Shown here: piece by piece, positions 47,374 through 60,958 of the stretch
Numbering within the stretch: position 1 is the stretch's first letter
Layout: each line of letters starts with the position of its first letter
Origin: Planctomycetota bacterium
GTDB taxonomy: Bacteria; Planctomycetota; B15-G4; JADJEK01
Reading direction: 5' to 3'
DNA: 64,000 nucleotides
Assembly: GCA_044225365.1 (NCBI GenBank)
Contig: JBGAIQ010000023.1
Span: forward strand, 26,362-90,361
Translations under genes and position numbers: made by a program
The notes under the pieces: model-generated
Told to the model about the DNA's origin: nothing
The model's database searches: none
The model's input: only the letters and a program-made list of their open reading frames with translations

Positions 47374-50300
47374 TCACTGAATCGTCGCGTCGGCCGGATT
47401 CGAGAGATTGCCGACGCCGCCGCCCGGAGTTCCAAGGACCTGGAGGAAGAGCGGGACCGGCGGGAAGTTCCCGGGGATCGGGAACGTGAGATTCGACGGC
47501 ACCGTGCCCCAGCTCAGCGTGAACCAGGTCTGTGAGAGATCGAGGAAGAGCGCGCCGGCGGGTGCGAGCGGCACCGCTCCTTGCGCCGTGCCGACGAAGA
47601 GCAGCGCCGACATCCCGATCTTGCCGCTGACGTCGATCGTCATGCTGCCGCCCGGCGTGAGATTGCCCGTGACCTTGAGGCGCACGTTGTCGAACTCATA
47701 GGCGCCCATGTCGACGCGGCGGTTGTAGTTGAGGTCGCCGTCGAGGAAACGCGGCACGCCCGTGTCGTCCTGCGCGATCAGGGGCGCGTCGGAGGGATCG
47801 CCCTTGTCGATGCAGGGCGAAGTCGACTTCAACGTGAGGTCGCCATTCACCATGTCGGTGAACTGCGGATCGACGTCGATGTTGCCGTTGCTGCCCGCGA
47901 GCGTCGGTGAACCGTTCGAGTAGAAGAGCTTGCCGGCCGCGAGACCCGTGATGTTGCCGCCACCGTTACCGAACGCATTCGCACTCGACACGGTGCCCGA
48001 GAACGAGCCCTGCGCGCGGATACCGACACCGCCGTTCTTGGCCGCCGTCGCCCGGCCGATCAGCGCATTGCCGGACTGGAGCGCGAGTCCGTCGGCATTG
48101 CAGTCGAACGCGGTGATGTCGAAGTACGCGCCGCCGCTGGTGAAGCGCATGCCGCTCGCGGAGGCGTGCTCCGAGCGGACTTCCACCGCGCCGATCAGCG
48201 GATGCTCGAAGCTCAGGCCCGAGTATCCCGCGTAACCCGCATACCGCACGAGCGCGTGCTTCAGCAGCGAGGCGGTCGTCGTTCCCGAATTGTTGAATTG
48301 GACGCCGTACCACCAGCCCGGGCCGGGCGCGGATGCATTCCCGTCGCCGTTGGTGTCTCCTCCGTAGGTGTCGTCGCTGATCGAAGTGAAGACGACGGGA
48401 TCGTCCGCCGAGCCGTCGAGCTGCAGCGCGCCGCTCACGCCGAGATACCCACCGTTCGAGAACTTCAAGACCACGCCGCTCTCGAGCGAGAGCTTGTATC
48501 CGAGCGGAATCGTGAGCGAACCCGAGACGTAGAGCGCGCCGCCGATGCAGTTCGACGCTTGAACCGTCGTGTCCGCCGCCAGGCTGCCGTTCGTCACGTG
48601 GATGAAGTTGCCACCGTTCCCCGTCACGACGTCGTTCGTGAATGCGGAGATCACGTCGAACCTACAATTCTCGATCGCCACGCCGCCATTGTTCTGGATC
48701 GCGCAATACGTGACGGTCGGATGCGCCAGCACGTTGTTCATGTTGATTCCGGCGGCCGATCCGTTCTCGATCGTCGTGTTCAACAGCTTGAGATCGCATC
48801 CGGCCTGCTCGAGATGCACGCCGCCGTAATTCGCATAACCGGCATAGCGAATCGTCGCGTGATCGAGCACGCTGGCCGCTCCACCGGTATGGCCGATGAG
48901 TCCGTACCAGTAGCCGCCGGAGGCGCCCGTCGCGCCGTCGCCGTTCGTGTCGCCCGCGACGCTGTCGTCCTTGAACGACGTGAACGTGACGGGCTGACCC
49001 GCGGTTCCGAGCGCCAGCAACGTGCCGTCGAGATACGAATATCCGCCCGAGTTGAACTTCATCACCGTGCCGGCCGCGAGCGTCAGCGTCGTTCCGGCTT
49101 GAATGTTCAGCGGCGAGTCCATGAAGAGTGCGCCGCCGAGGCAATTCGTGGGACCGATCGAGAGATTCGTGGCGACGGCGCCGTTGGTGACGCGGATGTA
49201 GTTGCCACCATTGCCCGAGATCACTCCGTTCGAGAAGTTGGGGACGGCGTCGATGCGCGCGTTCTCGACCGCCTTACCACCATTGTTGATGATCGTGGGA
49301 TTCGTGACGACCGGATAAGAAGCCTGTCCGTTCATTTGAATGCCGGGTCCGGAGCAATTCCGAATCGTCGCCGACGCGAGATTGAAGTTGACACCCGCCT
49401 GCTCGATGTGGATTCCGCCGTAGCCGGCGTAGCCGGCATAGCGGATCTCGACGCGGGTGAGCGAACTCGCCGCACTCCCGGTACGGGCGATGATCCCGTA
49501 CCAATACCCGGATGTTCCGACGCTCGCTCCGTCGTTGTTGGTGTCGCCCCCCGCGCTGTCGTCCGTGACCGACGTGAACACGACGGGTGAACCCGCGGTT
49601 CCCGTGGTGACGAGGGACCCATCGAGCGTCGTGTAGCCACCGACGTTGAACTTCAGGACGGTGCCCGCCTGCAGGGTGAGCGTGAGACCCGCGGGCACGA
49701 CCAGCGGCGAGTCGAGGAAGAGCGCGGCGTTCCCGCAGTTGGCGGGACCGATCGTCCGGTTCGCACTGAGCGTTCCGTTCGAGACGCGGACGTAGTTCCC
49801 GCCGTTGGAGGTCGCGGAGTTGTTGGAGAAGAACGGGACGCTGTCGACCCGCGCGTTGTTGATCGCCGCTCCGCCATTCGAGAGGAAGGAGCACGACGAG
49901 ATCGAGGGGAACGACGCCGTGCCATTGAGGTTGATGCCTGCGCTCGAGCAATCGCGAATGGTCGAATTCTGAAGCGTCAGATCCGAACCGCTCTGCTCGA
50001 ACTGGATGCCGCCGTAGCCCGCGTAGCCGGCGTAGCGGAGCTGCGTGAACTTGATCGAGCTCGCGGCGCCGCCCGCGTGAGCGAGCAGGCCATACCAGTA
50101 CCCGGGAGTTCCGACGCTGACGCCGTCGCCATTGGTGTCGCCGCCAGCGCTGTCGTCGGTCCAGGAGGTCATTACGACTTGCTGGCCCACCGTGCCATTC
50201 GCGACCAGCGTGCCGTCGAGCGCAAGGTACGCCCCGTTCTTGAACTTCAGGATCGCGCCCGGAGCGATCGTCAGCGTCTTCCCGGCCGGAATACCGCAGC

Positions 50301-50439
50301 CGCCGGTCATCACGTGTGTACCGACCGGGATCGGCCCAGTCGTGTCGTCCGAAAGGCTTCCGGTGTAGTTGTTTGCGTGGGCGACGCTCGCCGCCGCGAA
50401 GGCGAACGGGAGGCTTAGGAAGGCTGCGAGTTTTCTCAC
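47374..50439 (-). CDS. Secreted right-handed beta-helix repeat protein with C-terminal putative sorting domain
   Basis: GTG start with GGAG RBS; signal peptide ending AHA; four 198-aa repeats; DPQF...SPCIDKG...DMGAYE; CTD ending LSNPADATIQ. Confidence 0.85.
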   Translation of the reverse strand: MRKLAAFLSLPFAFAAASVAHANNYTGSLSDDTTGPIPVGTHVMTGGCGIPAGKTLTIAPGAILKFKNGAYLALDGTLVANGTVGQQVVMTSWTDDSAGGDTNGDGVSVGTPGYWYGLLAHAGGAASSIKFTQLRYAGYAGYGGIQFEQSGSDLTLQNSTIRDCSSAGINLNGTASFPSISSCSFLSNGGAAINNARVDSVPFFSNNSATSNGGNYVRVSNGTLSANRTIGPANCGNAALFLDSPLVVPAGLTLTLQAGTVLKFNVGGYTTLDGSLVTTGTAGSPVVFTSVTDDSAGGDTNNDGASVGTSGYWYGIIARTGSAASSLTRVEIRYAGYAGYGGIHIEQAGVNFNLASATIRNCSGPGIQMNGQASYPVVTNPTIINNGGKAVENARIDAVPNFSNGVISGNGGNYIRVTNGAVATNLSIGPTNCLGGALFMDSPLNIQAGTTLTLAAGTVMKFNSGGYSYLDGTLLALGTAGQPVTFTSFKDDSVAGDTNGDGATGASGGYWYGLIGHTGGAASVLDHATIRYAGYANYGGVHLEQAGCDLKLLNTTIENGSAAGINMNNVLAHPTVTYCAIQNNGGVAIENCRFDVISAFTNDVVTGNGGNFIHVTNGSLAADTTVQASNCIGGALYVSGSLTIPLGYKLSLESGVVLKFSNGGYLGVSGALQLDGSADDPVVFTSISDDTYGGDTNGDGNASAPGPGWWYGVQFNNSGTTTASLLKHALVRYAGYAGYSGLSFEHPLIGAVEVRSEHASASGMRFTSGGAYFDITAFDCNADGLALQSGNALIGRATAAKNGGVGIRAQGSFSGTVSSANAFGNGGGNITGLAAGKLFYSNGSPTLAGSNGNIDVDPQFTDMVNGDLTLKSTSPCIDKGDPSDAPLIAQDDTGVPRFLDGDLNYNRRVDMGAYEFDNVRLKVTGNLTPGGSMTIDVSGKIGMSALLFVGTAQGAVPLAPAGALFLDLSQTWFTLSWGTVPSNLTFPIPGNFPPVPLFLQVLGTPGGGVGNLSNPADATIQ

Positions 50440-50571
50440 GGATGCTTCTCCAATCGAATTCGGGTTCCGGTCGTGCGGCGGGCGCGGGCCGCCCTGCCGA
50501 AGGGCCCCTTGCGTTGATGAATTCGCAGCGGACATCGAAACTCGGAAAACTCTCGGGGATACACTGCGCCC

Positions 50572-53100
<2,529 letters not shown>

Positions 53101-53119
53101 GTCGAGACGAAAGCCCGCT

Positions 53120-54568
53120 TCAGGGATGCGCCGCGACCGTGTCGCTTCGCGACGGTGTCGCCGAATTCGCGCCCTCTCGCAGGCGTGTGAGCATCGCGTC
53201 GACGCTCTTCTTCGCATCGCCGAAGAGCATCACCGTGTTCTCCATGAAGAACAGCGGGTTCTCGACGCCCGCGTAGCCGCTCGCCATGCCGCGCTTCATC
53301 ACGACCGTCGTCTTCGCCTTCCAGACCTCGAGGATCGGCATCCCGTAGATCGGGCTCGACGGATCGGTGAGCGCGCTCGGATTCACGACGTCGTTGGCAC
53401 CAATGACGATCACGACGTCCGTCGTCGCGAAGTCCTCGTTGATCTCCTCCATCTCGAACACGAGGTCGTAGGGGACCTTCGCTTCGGCGAGGAGGACGTT
53501 CATGTGACCCGGCAATCGACCCGCGACCGGATGGATCGCGAAGCGCACGCCGATGCCCTTCTCTTTCAGGAGACGCGTGACTTCGTAGAGCGGATGCTGC
53601 GCCTGCGCGACGGCCATGCCGTAGCCGGGAACGATGATGACCTGCTTCGCTTCGAGCAGGAGGTCCGCGGTCTCGGCCGCGCTCACGCTCTTCACTTCGC
53701 CCTGCGGCTCGCTGCCCTTCGCCGGCGCCGCACCTTCCTCGGCGCCGAAGCCGCCGAGGATCACGGACACGAACGAGCGGTTCATCGCCTTGCACATGAT
53801 GTAGCTGAGGATCGCACCCGACGAGCCGACGAGCGCGCCGGTGATGATGAGCAGGTCGTTGGCGAGCATGAAGCCCGCGGCCGCGGCCGCCCATCCCGAG
53901 TAGCTGTTCAGCATCGACACCACGACGGGCATGTCGGCGCCGCCGATCGCCATCACGAGATGGACGCCGAGCAGCGCGGAGAGCGCGGTGTTCACGAGCA
54001 GCGGGTTCAATGCCGAATGGCCTTCGGCGCCGACGAACTTCGTCGCCATGAACACGCAGATCACGATCGCGGCGAGGTTCAGGAGGTGACGCCCGGGCAA
54101 GAGGAGCGGCTTGCTGCGCACGATGCCCTGAAGTTTGCCGTAGGCGATCACCGACCCCGTGAAGGTCAGCGCACCGACGAAGACTCCGATGTAGATCTCG
54201 ACTTCGTGGATGCGCAGCTCGACGCCCTGCAGCGTGACCGAAGGATCGAGGTAGCTCGCGAAGCCGACCAGCACGGCGGCCGCGCCGACGAAGCTATGCA
54301 GCACCGCGACGAGCTGGGGCATCGCCGTCATCTCGACGCGCGACGCGAGCATCGCGCCGATCGTTCCGCCGATCGCGAGCGCGGCGATCAACATGCCGTA
54401 ATCGGTCACCCGCGACGACAGCGTCGTCGCGACGAGCGCGAGGATCATCCCGACGATGCCGAACAGGTTGCCGCGGCGTGCGGACTCCTGCGCGGAGAGA
54501 CCGCCGAGGCTCAGGATGAAGAGCATCCCGGCGGCGAGATAGGCGAGCGTGACGAGGGAGTCGGACAT
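53120..54568 (-). CDS. pntB: NAD(P) transhydrogenase subunit beta
   Basis: [31 protein letters not shown] and [18 protein letters not shown]. Confidence 0.97.
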   Translation of the reverse strand: MSDSLVTLAYLAAGMLFILSLGGLSAQESARRGNLFGIVGMILALVATTLSSRVTDYGMLIAALAIGGTIGAMLASRVEMTAMPQLVAVLHSFVGAAAVLVGFASYLDPSVTLQGVELRIHEVEIYIGVFVGALTFTGSVIAYGKLQGIVRSKPLLLPGRHLLNLAAIVICVFMATKFVGAEGHSALNPLLVNTALSALLGVHLVMAIGGADMPVVVSMLNSYSGWAAAAAGFMLANDLLIITGALVGSSGAILSYIMCKAMNRSFVSVILGGFGAEEGAAPAKGSEPQGEVKSVSAAETADLLLEAKQVIIVPGYGMAVAQAQHPLYEVTRLLKEKGIGVRFAIHPVAGRLPGHMNVLLAEAKVPYDLVFEMEEINEDFATTDVVIVIGANDVVNPSALTDPSSPIYGMPILEVWKAKTTVVMKRGMASGYAGVENPLFFMENTVMLFGDAKKSVDAMLTRLREGANSATPSRSDTVAAHP

Positions 54569-54591
54569 GGTTTCTTTCCTGCTTCCTCACA

Positions 54592-56160
54592 TCACCGATG
54601 GAACATGCGCAGCATGCGCTGCGTGACGAGGAAGCCGCCCGCGATGTTGATCGCGGCGAGCAGGATCGCCGCCGTGCCGAGGAGCACGACCGCGGAAGTT
54701 GGACTACCGCTGACCTGCAGCATGCCGCCGATGACGATGATGCCGGAGATCGCATTCGTCACGCTCATGAGCGGCGTGTGGAGCGCGGGGGTCACGTTCC
54801 ACACCACTTGCCAGCCGACGACGCAGGCGAGCAGGAACACCGTGAAGTGCTGGAGGAACGACGGCGGCGCGACCTTTCCGAGGCCGTAGAGCACGACGGC
54901 GATGACGAGCATCGTGACTGCGAGCGCTGCGCCCGACATCGGCTTGTCCGCTTCTTTGCCGTGCTTCGCGTGCGCGACCGGCGGGGTCGCAGGCACCGCC
55001 TTCGGCGCCGCGACCGCGGGAGCTTCCTTCTTCGGCGGCGGCCAGAGCAGTTCGCCATCCTTCAGAATGATCGCGCCGCGCACGACCTCGTCGGAGAGGT
55101 CGACCTTGAAGTTCTTGCCGCCGCCCATGTCGGCGAGCAGATGGACGAGATTGCTGCCGTAGAGCTGGCTCGCGGTCGGCGCGAGGCGGCTCGGCAGATC
55201 GTGATACCCGATGATATTGATGCCGTGCCGCTCGACGACTTCGCCCGGCTTCGTCAGCGCGCAGTTGCCGCCGTTCTCGGCCGCGAGGTCGACGATGACC
55301 GAGCCCTTCTTCATCGTCTTCACCATTTCCTCGGTGATGAGGATCGGCGCCGGACGATTGGGGATGAGCGCCGTGGTGATGATGATGTCGACTTCGCGCG
55401 CCTGCGCGGCGAACATCGCCATCTCCGCCGCGATGAAGGCGGGACTCATTTCCTTGGCGTAGCCGCCCTGGCCATCGCCGTCTTCCTTCACGTCGAGTTC
55501 GATGAACTCGGCGCCCATGCTCTTCACTTGATCCTTCACGGCGGCGCGCGTGTCGAACGCCCGCACGATGGCGCCGAGCCCGCGCGCCGCACCGATTGCG
55601 GCGAGACCCGCGACGCCGGCGCCGATCACGAGCACCTTCGCGGGCGGCACTCGACCGGCCGCGGTCATCTGGCCCGTGAAGAACCGTCCATAGAAACTCG
55701 CCGCCTCGACGACCGCGCGGTATCCCGCGATGTTCGCCATCGACGACAGCGCGTCCATCTTCTGCGCACGGGTGATGCGCGGCACCTGATCCATCGCGAG
55801 CGCGGTCAGCTTGCGCCGCCCCATGCGCTCGATCAATTCCTTGTTCTTGCCGGGCCACAGGAAGCTGATGAGCGTCGCGCCCTCGCGCGCGAGATCGACC
55901 TCGTGCGTTCCGAGCGCGACGTTGTTCTCGGGCGGATTGACCTTGAGGATGATGTCCGCGCTCGACCACGGCTCGCGCGCGTCGGCGACGATTCGCGCGC
56001 CGGCGGCGACGTAGTCTTCATCGAAGAACGAAGCGCAGAGACCCGCCTGCGATTCGACCACGACTTCGAAGCCCAGCTTGACCAGGCGGGAGACGGTATC
56101 CGGGGTCGCGGCGACGCGGCGCTCGCCTCGCCGAACCTCTTTGGGGACGCAGATCTTCAT
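54592..56160 (-). CDS. pntA: NAD(P) transhydrogenase subunit alpha
   Basis: [27 protein letters not shown] and [13 protein letters not shown]. Confidence 0.97.
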   Translation of the reverse strand: MKICVPKEVRRGERRVAATPDTVSRLVKLGFEVVVESQAGLCASFFDEDYVAAGARIVADAREPWSSADIILKVNPPENNVALGTHEVDLAREGATLISFLWPGKNKELIERMGRRKLTALAMDQVPRITRAQKMDALSSMANIAGYRAVVEAASFYGRFFTGQMTAAGRVPPAKVLVIGAGVAGLAAIGAARGLGAIVRAFDTRAAVKDQVKSMGAEFIELDVKEDGDGQGGYAKEMSPAFIAAEMAMFAAQAREVDIIITTALIPNRPAPILITEEMVKTMKKGSVIVDLAAENGGNCALTKPGEVVERHGINIIGYHDLPSRLAPTASQLYGSNLVHLLADMGGGKNFKVDLSDEVVRGAIILKDGELLWPPPKKEAPAVAAPKAVPATPPVAHAKHGKEADKPMSGAALAVTMLVIAVVLYGLGKVAPPSFLQHFTVFLLACVVGWQVVWNVTPALHTPLMSVTNAISGIIVIGGMLQVSGSPTSAVVLLGTAAILLAAINIAGGFLVTQRMLRMFHR

Positions 56161-56237
56161 CCCTGCAAGAACTAACCGAAACGCGTGATTTTGGCCAGAC
56201 GGAGGGCCCGTCTTTCCTGTCGCAGGCCTCTCTCACT

Positions 56238-56280
56238 GGGAGCGCCGGGCTCCAGCTGGAGCGCCGGGCTCCAGCCCGGC
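56238..56280. repeat. REP family-1 copy with duplicated 5' part
   Basis: ggagcgccgggctccagc-t-ggagcgccgggctccagcccggc. Confidence 0.8.
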
Positions 56281-56338
56281 TCCTATTTTGCTCGTCCGAC
56301 CGCGGAGGCTCGACGAGCCCGCGCCGCGACGAACCGAC

Positions 56339-56899
56339 TCAGTGCGCGAACACGTCCGCGAGCGGCATCGCGAATCCGAGCAGTACCGCCAGCGATCGCA
56401 GCTCCCCCTTCTCGACGACCTCTTTCAACACCAGCGTCGCTCCCTCGAGCACGTAGATCTCGACGCGCTCCACTTCGGGGTCGACGATCCAATACTCGAG
56501 CACGTTGTGACGGCCGTAGATCTCCCGTTTCCTCACTTGATCGAGCTTCCGCGTCGACGGCGAGATGATCTCGACAACGAGGTCGGGGGCACCCTCGATC
56601 AGCTTCTCACCGAGGATCTTCCGGCGGTCCGCTGAAACGAAGACGAGATCGGGTTCGAGCACCGTGTCCTGCGCCAAGCGAACGCCGACGGGCGCGTCGT
56701 ACATGATCCCCAGGCGATTTTCAGTCACGAACAGATGGAGAGCGACGAGCAAGTTGCGTGACGCATCCTGGTGGCGGAGGATCGGCGCGGGATTCACGAG
56801 CAACTCCCCTTCGACCAACTGAAAGTGCTGCCCATCGTCCGGCAGACTCAGGTAGTCATCGACGGTGTAGTGCTTCGCCGTCACGGGGGTGGTTTCCAT
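56339..56899 (-). CDS. Uma2 family endonuclease
   Basis: YTVDDYLSLPDDG, EPDLVFV, GAPDLVVEIISPST and EYWIVDP. Confidence 0.92.
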   Translation of the reverse strand: METTPVTAKHYTVDDYLSLPDDGQHFQLVEGELLVNPAPILRHQDASRNLLVALHLFVTENRLGIMYDAPVGVRLAQDTVLEPDLVFVSADRRKILGEKLIEGAPDLVVEIISPSTRKLDQVRKREIYGRHNVLEYWIVDPEVERVEIYVLEGATLVLKEVVEKGELRSLAVLLGFAMPLADVFAH

Positions 56900-57313
56900 C
56901 GGCATCCTCGCAGCTCGAGACGCAGTGGATTCTACCATGATCAGAACCTCCGTTCTGGCGAGTGGAACGAAGGCAACATCGCGCGCTCACCCGCGCGGAT
57001 TCATACCGCAGACGAAATTCTTCGCGATCGACTCGAACTCAGGTGCCGCGCGTGAACTCCGCCGATGCATGGCCGGTGGCGATGCCTTCGCGACACGGGC
57101 AGCATGCCGCCCGCGCACGATCGGGATCCGAAGTCGCACGAGTGCGAGCTTCACGCGGACGGTCACGTCGTCCCCATCGTCGGAGCGATCGCGAACGAGG
57201 AAGATCTCGTGATCTCGAAACGGCGAAAGTGCTACGACGCGGTGCTGCGGGTCGCCGCAACCGCGCCATCGCGAAACGACGGGTCGTCCGTGTCGTTCAC
57301 GACGAACCTGCGC

Positions 57314-60300
57314 TCACATGAACCGCTTCACGATGAGCGCTTCATCGGGCAACAGCACGGCGTCGCCGGCCTTCAGCTCGTTCATCTTCTTGCCCGCGGG
57401 GACGCGCTCCGGGGCCGGCAAACGGTAGAGATAGATGGTCTTGCCCTTCACGGCGGAGCGCTTGTCGACGAGCGCGAGGCCGATCTGCCGCTCCGGCGTC
57501 ACCTGAGCGTTGCTCGTCACGATTCCGATGTACTTGCCGTCGGAATCGACGATCGGGTTGCCATCGCGCACGAGGCGCTTGCCCTTGCCCTCGATCGTGA
57601 AGCGCACGATCTCGCGAGTGCGCGATTCGTCGTGCGCCTTCATCGCATCGCGACCGACGAAGAACGGCTTGTGGAGTTTCACGGCGCTGCCGTAGCCCGC
57701 CTCGATCGGCGTGACGCCGTTCGGCCCCGAGAGCTCGTGACCCCAGAGCGGGAATCCCGCTTCGATGCGGGTCGAGTCGCGCGCGCCGAGGCCGCACGGC
57801 TTGCAGCCGAACGGAGCGCCCTTGTCGAGCAGGAGATTCCAGACTTGGACGAGGTGATCGGGGTGGACGAGGATCTCGAAGCCCTCGTTCTCGCCGGTGT
57901 AGCCCGTCGTCGAGATCAGCGCGTCGATTCCCGCGATGCTGCCTTCCACGAACTCGAAGCGCTTCTTGAGGCGCAGTTGATGGATCATCTTCGGGTTGTT
58001 CGCCGCCGCGCCGAGGACGTCGAAGCTCCTCGGCCCCTGCAGCGCGAGATCGACCTTCTGCTCCTTCCCCATCACCGGGTCCCGCAGATTCACGATCTCC
58101 GGCGGACCATCGGCCTGGATCCACTTGCGGGCGGCGTCGAGGAAGTACTCACCCGTCGCCATCGCGCGGATCCATGCTTCGTCCTTCTCCGCGTTCGCCG
58201 CGTTGACGACGATCAGGATGCGATCCCAGGCGCGGCGATAGACCAGGATGTCGTCGATGCAGTATCCGGTCGGGTCGAGCAGATAACTATATTGGCATTG
58301 GCCGTCCTGGAGCCACGCCACGTAGTTCGACGTGATGGCGTCGAGGAAGCGCTGTGCCGAAGGCCCGCGCACTTCGAGCACTCCCATGTGCGAGACGTCG
58401 AACAATGCGGCCGCCGTGCGCACGATCTGATGCTCTTCGAGGATCGGGCCATAGCGAACCGGCATGCGCCATCCGCCGAACGGCACCATGAAGTCCTTGT
58501 TGCCGAGGCGCACGTGTTCGTCGTGCAGCGGCGTCTTGCGCAGCGGGAGTTCGGCGGGCGTATAGGAATAGGCCTTTTTCTCGTTCGCGGGCGCAGGCAC
58601 GGAGGATTGCCCGATGTAATAGACCTTCGTCGCGCCGAACTGACTCGGGCGGGCAGCGTGGAGCGCTTTCGCGTCGGTCGCCTCGTTGGTCTTCGGCAAC
58701 TTGCATTGGGCGCGCCAGACGTCGATCGCGCCGGCATCGCTCTTCTTCATCACGCCGCCGAGCGCGTTTAGGATCGTATCGCGCGATTCCACGGGGACGA
58801 TGAGGAGCAGTCCGTCGTACTCCTCGCGAACGACGTGCACCTCGATGCCGTTGAGCTTCGTCCCGTGGAAAGCCGTCTTACCCACGGTGACGCCGAGCTT
58901 GCCCGCCGCGGCGCGTGCGCCGTTGCCGAGCAGCGCGATGACGGAGTACAAACGAGCCGGCGCTTCGCGAACCGCGGCCCCTTCGCACTTGCTATGAATT
59001 CCGAATTCGCGTCCGAGGCCCGCATGCGGCTCCGCGTTCGAGAGGTCCTCGATCATCGCGGGACCTTCGATCTTGCGGGAGACGTCCTGCTCGTCGAACA
59101 GCACGTATCCGTCGGACAAGGCGCGCAGCCAACGGCGTAGGCGCAGGTGGTTGCACCGATGAGTCACGAGCCAGTAGCGTTTCCAGCCCGGGATGCGATC
59201 CTCGAGTCGGATCACGAATACGTCGTCGATGCGTTTGCCATGGCGATCGAGGAAGAACGTGCGAGCCGCGTCTCCCGGAAGGAGCGCGGTGATGTTCGCC
59301 GTGCTCGCGCTCTCGAGGAAATAATGGGCGCGCTCCGATTCGACTTCGAGGAGCGAGAGCCCCGGATCGGCGACCACGACCGCTTCCTTCTCCAGATCGG
59401 GCTTGTCCTTGCCCGCGAGCGCAGGAAGCACCTCGCCATAGCCATCGAAATGCGGATATCCGGCGAGTGAACTCGAGGGCGCTCCCACGCGGCTCTCGAT
59501 CAAGGCGTCGACGCCTCTGCGAATCTTGTCGAGTGCGTCGAGGTCGATCTTGCCGCGACCGACATACGTCACGCCTTCGATGTAGCGGAAGGGATGGACG
59601 CCCTTCAATGTGTCGACGATGAGGCCGGCGAGCGTGTCCATGTCCTTCTCGTCGTAACCGAGCTGGCTGAGCCACACGGTTCCGAGCCGGATCGCCGACG
59701 GATGCACCGCGCTTCGATCGCCGCGCACGGTGTTCTTGTTGACGACGATGCCGACGAGATCGAGCATGCGTCCAGCGATCTCACCCGTCAGCTTCACCCC
59801 GTTCGAGGCGGCGGGCAACGAGGACAGGTCGACGAGACAAAGATGCGAATCGGTCCCGCCGTACGCGATCTTCACGCCGCGTTTTTCGATCGCCGCAGCG
59901 AGCGCCTTCGCGTTCTTGACGACGTTGCTCATCAGCGTCTTGAACGTCTCGGTTCCCGCGAGATGAAATGCGACGGCCTTCGCCGCGATCGCATTCTGGT
60001 GCGGCCCGCCCTGTTCTCCCGGGAACACGGCGCCGTTCACCTTGTGCGCGATCGCGCGATCGGTCGACAGGATGCACGCGCCGCGCGGACCGCACAGCGA
60101 TTTATGAGTCGTGAACGACACGACGTGCGCGTGCTCGATCGGATTCGGATATTGCCCAGCGACGATGAGACCCGCGTAGTGCGCGACGTCGGCGAGCAGA
60201 TAACAACCGCCCTTCACCGTGTCGGCGATCGCTCGCATCCGCGCCCAGTCGATGTGCCATGGATAGGCCGACGCACCGCCGATCAGCATGCGCGGCTGGA

Positions 60301-60958
60301 ATTCCTTCACCAGCGCTTCGACCTGGTCGTAATCGATTCGTCCGGTCTTCGGGCTGATGCCGTAGCTGTGGATTTGATAACTCTTGCCGCTGCGATTCGC
60401 GGGCGAGCCGTGCGTGAGGTGCCCGCCCTCGACGAGGCTCATGCCGACCACGTGACTACCGAGCGGAACGAGCGCGCCGTAGACCGCGTTGTTCGCCGCC
60501 GCCCCCGACAACGGTTGAACGTTGGCGAAGATCATGTCCGCGGGCATTGCAGGCGTCGCGAAGAGTTCCTTGATGCGCTTCTGCGCGATCGTCTCGACGA
60601 AGTTGGCGTAATCGCAGCCGCGGTAGTAACGCGAATCCGAGTAGCGCCGGAAGTAGGCGAGATGCGTGACGAAGTCGGCCCACTGCCGATTCTCCGCTTC
60701 CGTCATGCGCCAGCTCGGGTAGCCCTCGGTGTAGAGATTGCTGAACGACGAAGCGAGCAGCTCGCGAACCGGCTCGGGGCAGGCGCTCTCGGATGCGATC
60801 ATGATCAGCTTGCGGATCTGCCGCTCGTCTTCCAAATCGGCGATGCGCTGGATCGTGGGATCGGCGGAGGCCGCCGGCACGCGGAACAGGAAATCGGCGG
60901 ACGCGTGCTTGGGCTCGAGGTGAGTCTTCGACGTGGGCTGCGCGGACAGCGGGTTCAA
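57314..60958 (-). CDS. glyA: Serine hydroxymethyltransferase - glycine cleavage T protein fusion (GlyA-GcvT)
   Basis: IASES, EGYP, GGHLTHG and FTTHKSLCGPRG (SHMT); KTPLH, LFDVSHMG, TGYTGE and GLGARDSTRIEAG (GcvT); TTG start with GGAG RBS chosen, the frame is open to 61033. Confidence 0.9.
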   Translation of the reverse strand: MNPLSAQPTSKTHLEPKHASADFLFRVPAASADPTIQRIADLEDERQIRKLIMIASESACPEPVRELLASSFSNLYTEGYPSWRMTEAENRQWADFVTHLAYFRRYSDSRYYRGCDYANFVETIAQKRIKELFATPAMPADMIFANVQPLSGAAANNAVYGALVPLGSHVVGMSLVEGGHLTHGSPANRSGKSYQIHSYGISPKTGRIDYDQVEALVKEFQPRMLIGGASAYPWHIDWARMRAIADTVKGGCYLLADVAHYAGLIVAGQYPNPIEHAHVVSFTTHKSLCGPRGACILSTDRAIAHKVNGAVFPGEQGGPHQNAIAAKAVAFHLAGTETFKTLMSNVVKNAKALAAAIEKRGVKIAYGGTDSHLCLVDLSSLPAASNGVKLTGEIAGRMLDLVGIVVNKNTVRGDRSAVHPSAIRLGTVWLSQLGYDEKDMDTLAGLIVDTLKGVHPFRYIEGVTYVGRGKIDLDALDKIRRGVDALIESRVGAPSSSLAGYPHFDGYGEVLPALAGKDKPDLEKEAVVVADPGLSLLEVESERAHYFLESASTANITALLPGDAARTFFLDRHGKRIDDVFVIRLEDRIPGWKRYWLVTHRCNHLRLRRWLRALSDGYVLFDEQDVSRKIEGPAMIEDLSNAEPHAGLGREFGIHSKCEGAAVREAPARLYSVIALLGNGARAAAGKLGVTVGKTAFHGTKLNGIEVHVVREEYDGLLLIVPVESRDTILNALGGVMKKSDAGAIDVWRAQCKLPKTNEATDAKALHAARPSQFGATKVYYIGQSSVPAPANEKKAYSYTPAELPLRKTPLHDEHVRLGNKDFMVPFGGWRMPVRYGPILEEHQIVRTAAALFDVSHMGVLEVRGPSAQRFLDAITSNYVAWLQDGQCQYSYLLDPTGYCIDDILVYRRAWDRILIVVNAANAEKDEAWIRAMATGEYFLDAARKWIQADGPPEIVNLRDPVMGKEQKVDLALQGPRSFDVLGAAANNPKMIHQLRLKKRFEFVEGSIAGIDALISTTGYTGENEGFEILVHPDHLVQVWNLLLDKGAPFGCKPCGLGARDSTRIEAGFPLWGHELSGPNGVTPIEAGYGSAVKLHKPFFVGRDAMKAHDESRTREIVRFTIEGKGKRLVRDGNPIVDSDGKYIGIVTSNAQVTPERQIGLALVDKRSAVKGKTIYLYRLPAPERVPAGKKMNELKAGDAVLLPDEALIVKRFM

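Noticed and set aside
56940-57310. Unassigned 370 bp between uma2 and glyA-gcvT
   Set aside because: No convincing ORF or recognisable RNA motif; it lies downstream of glyA-gcvT, so it is not a glycine riboswitch position
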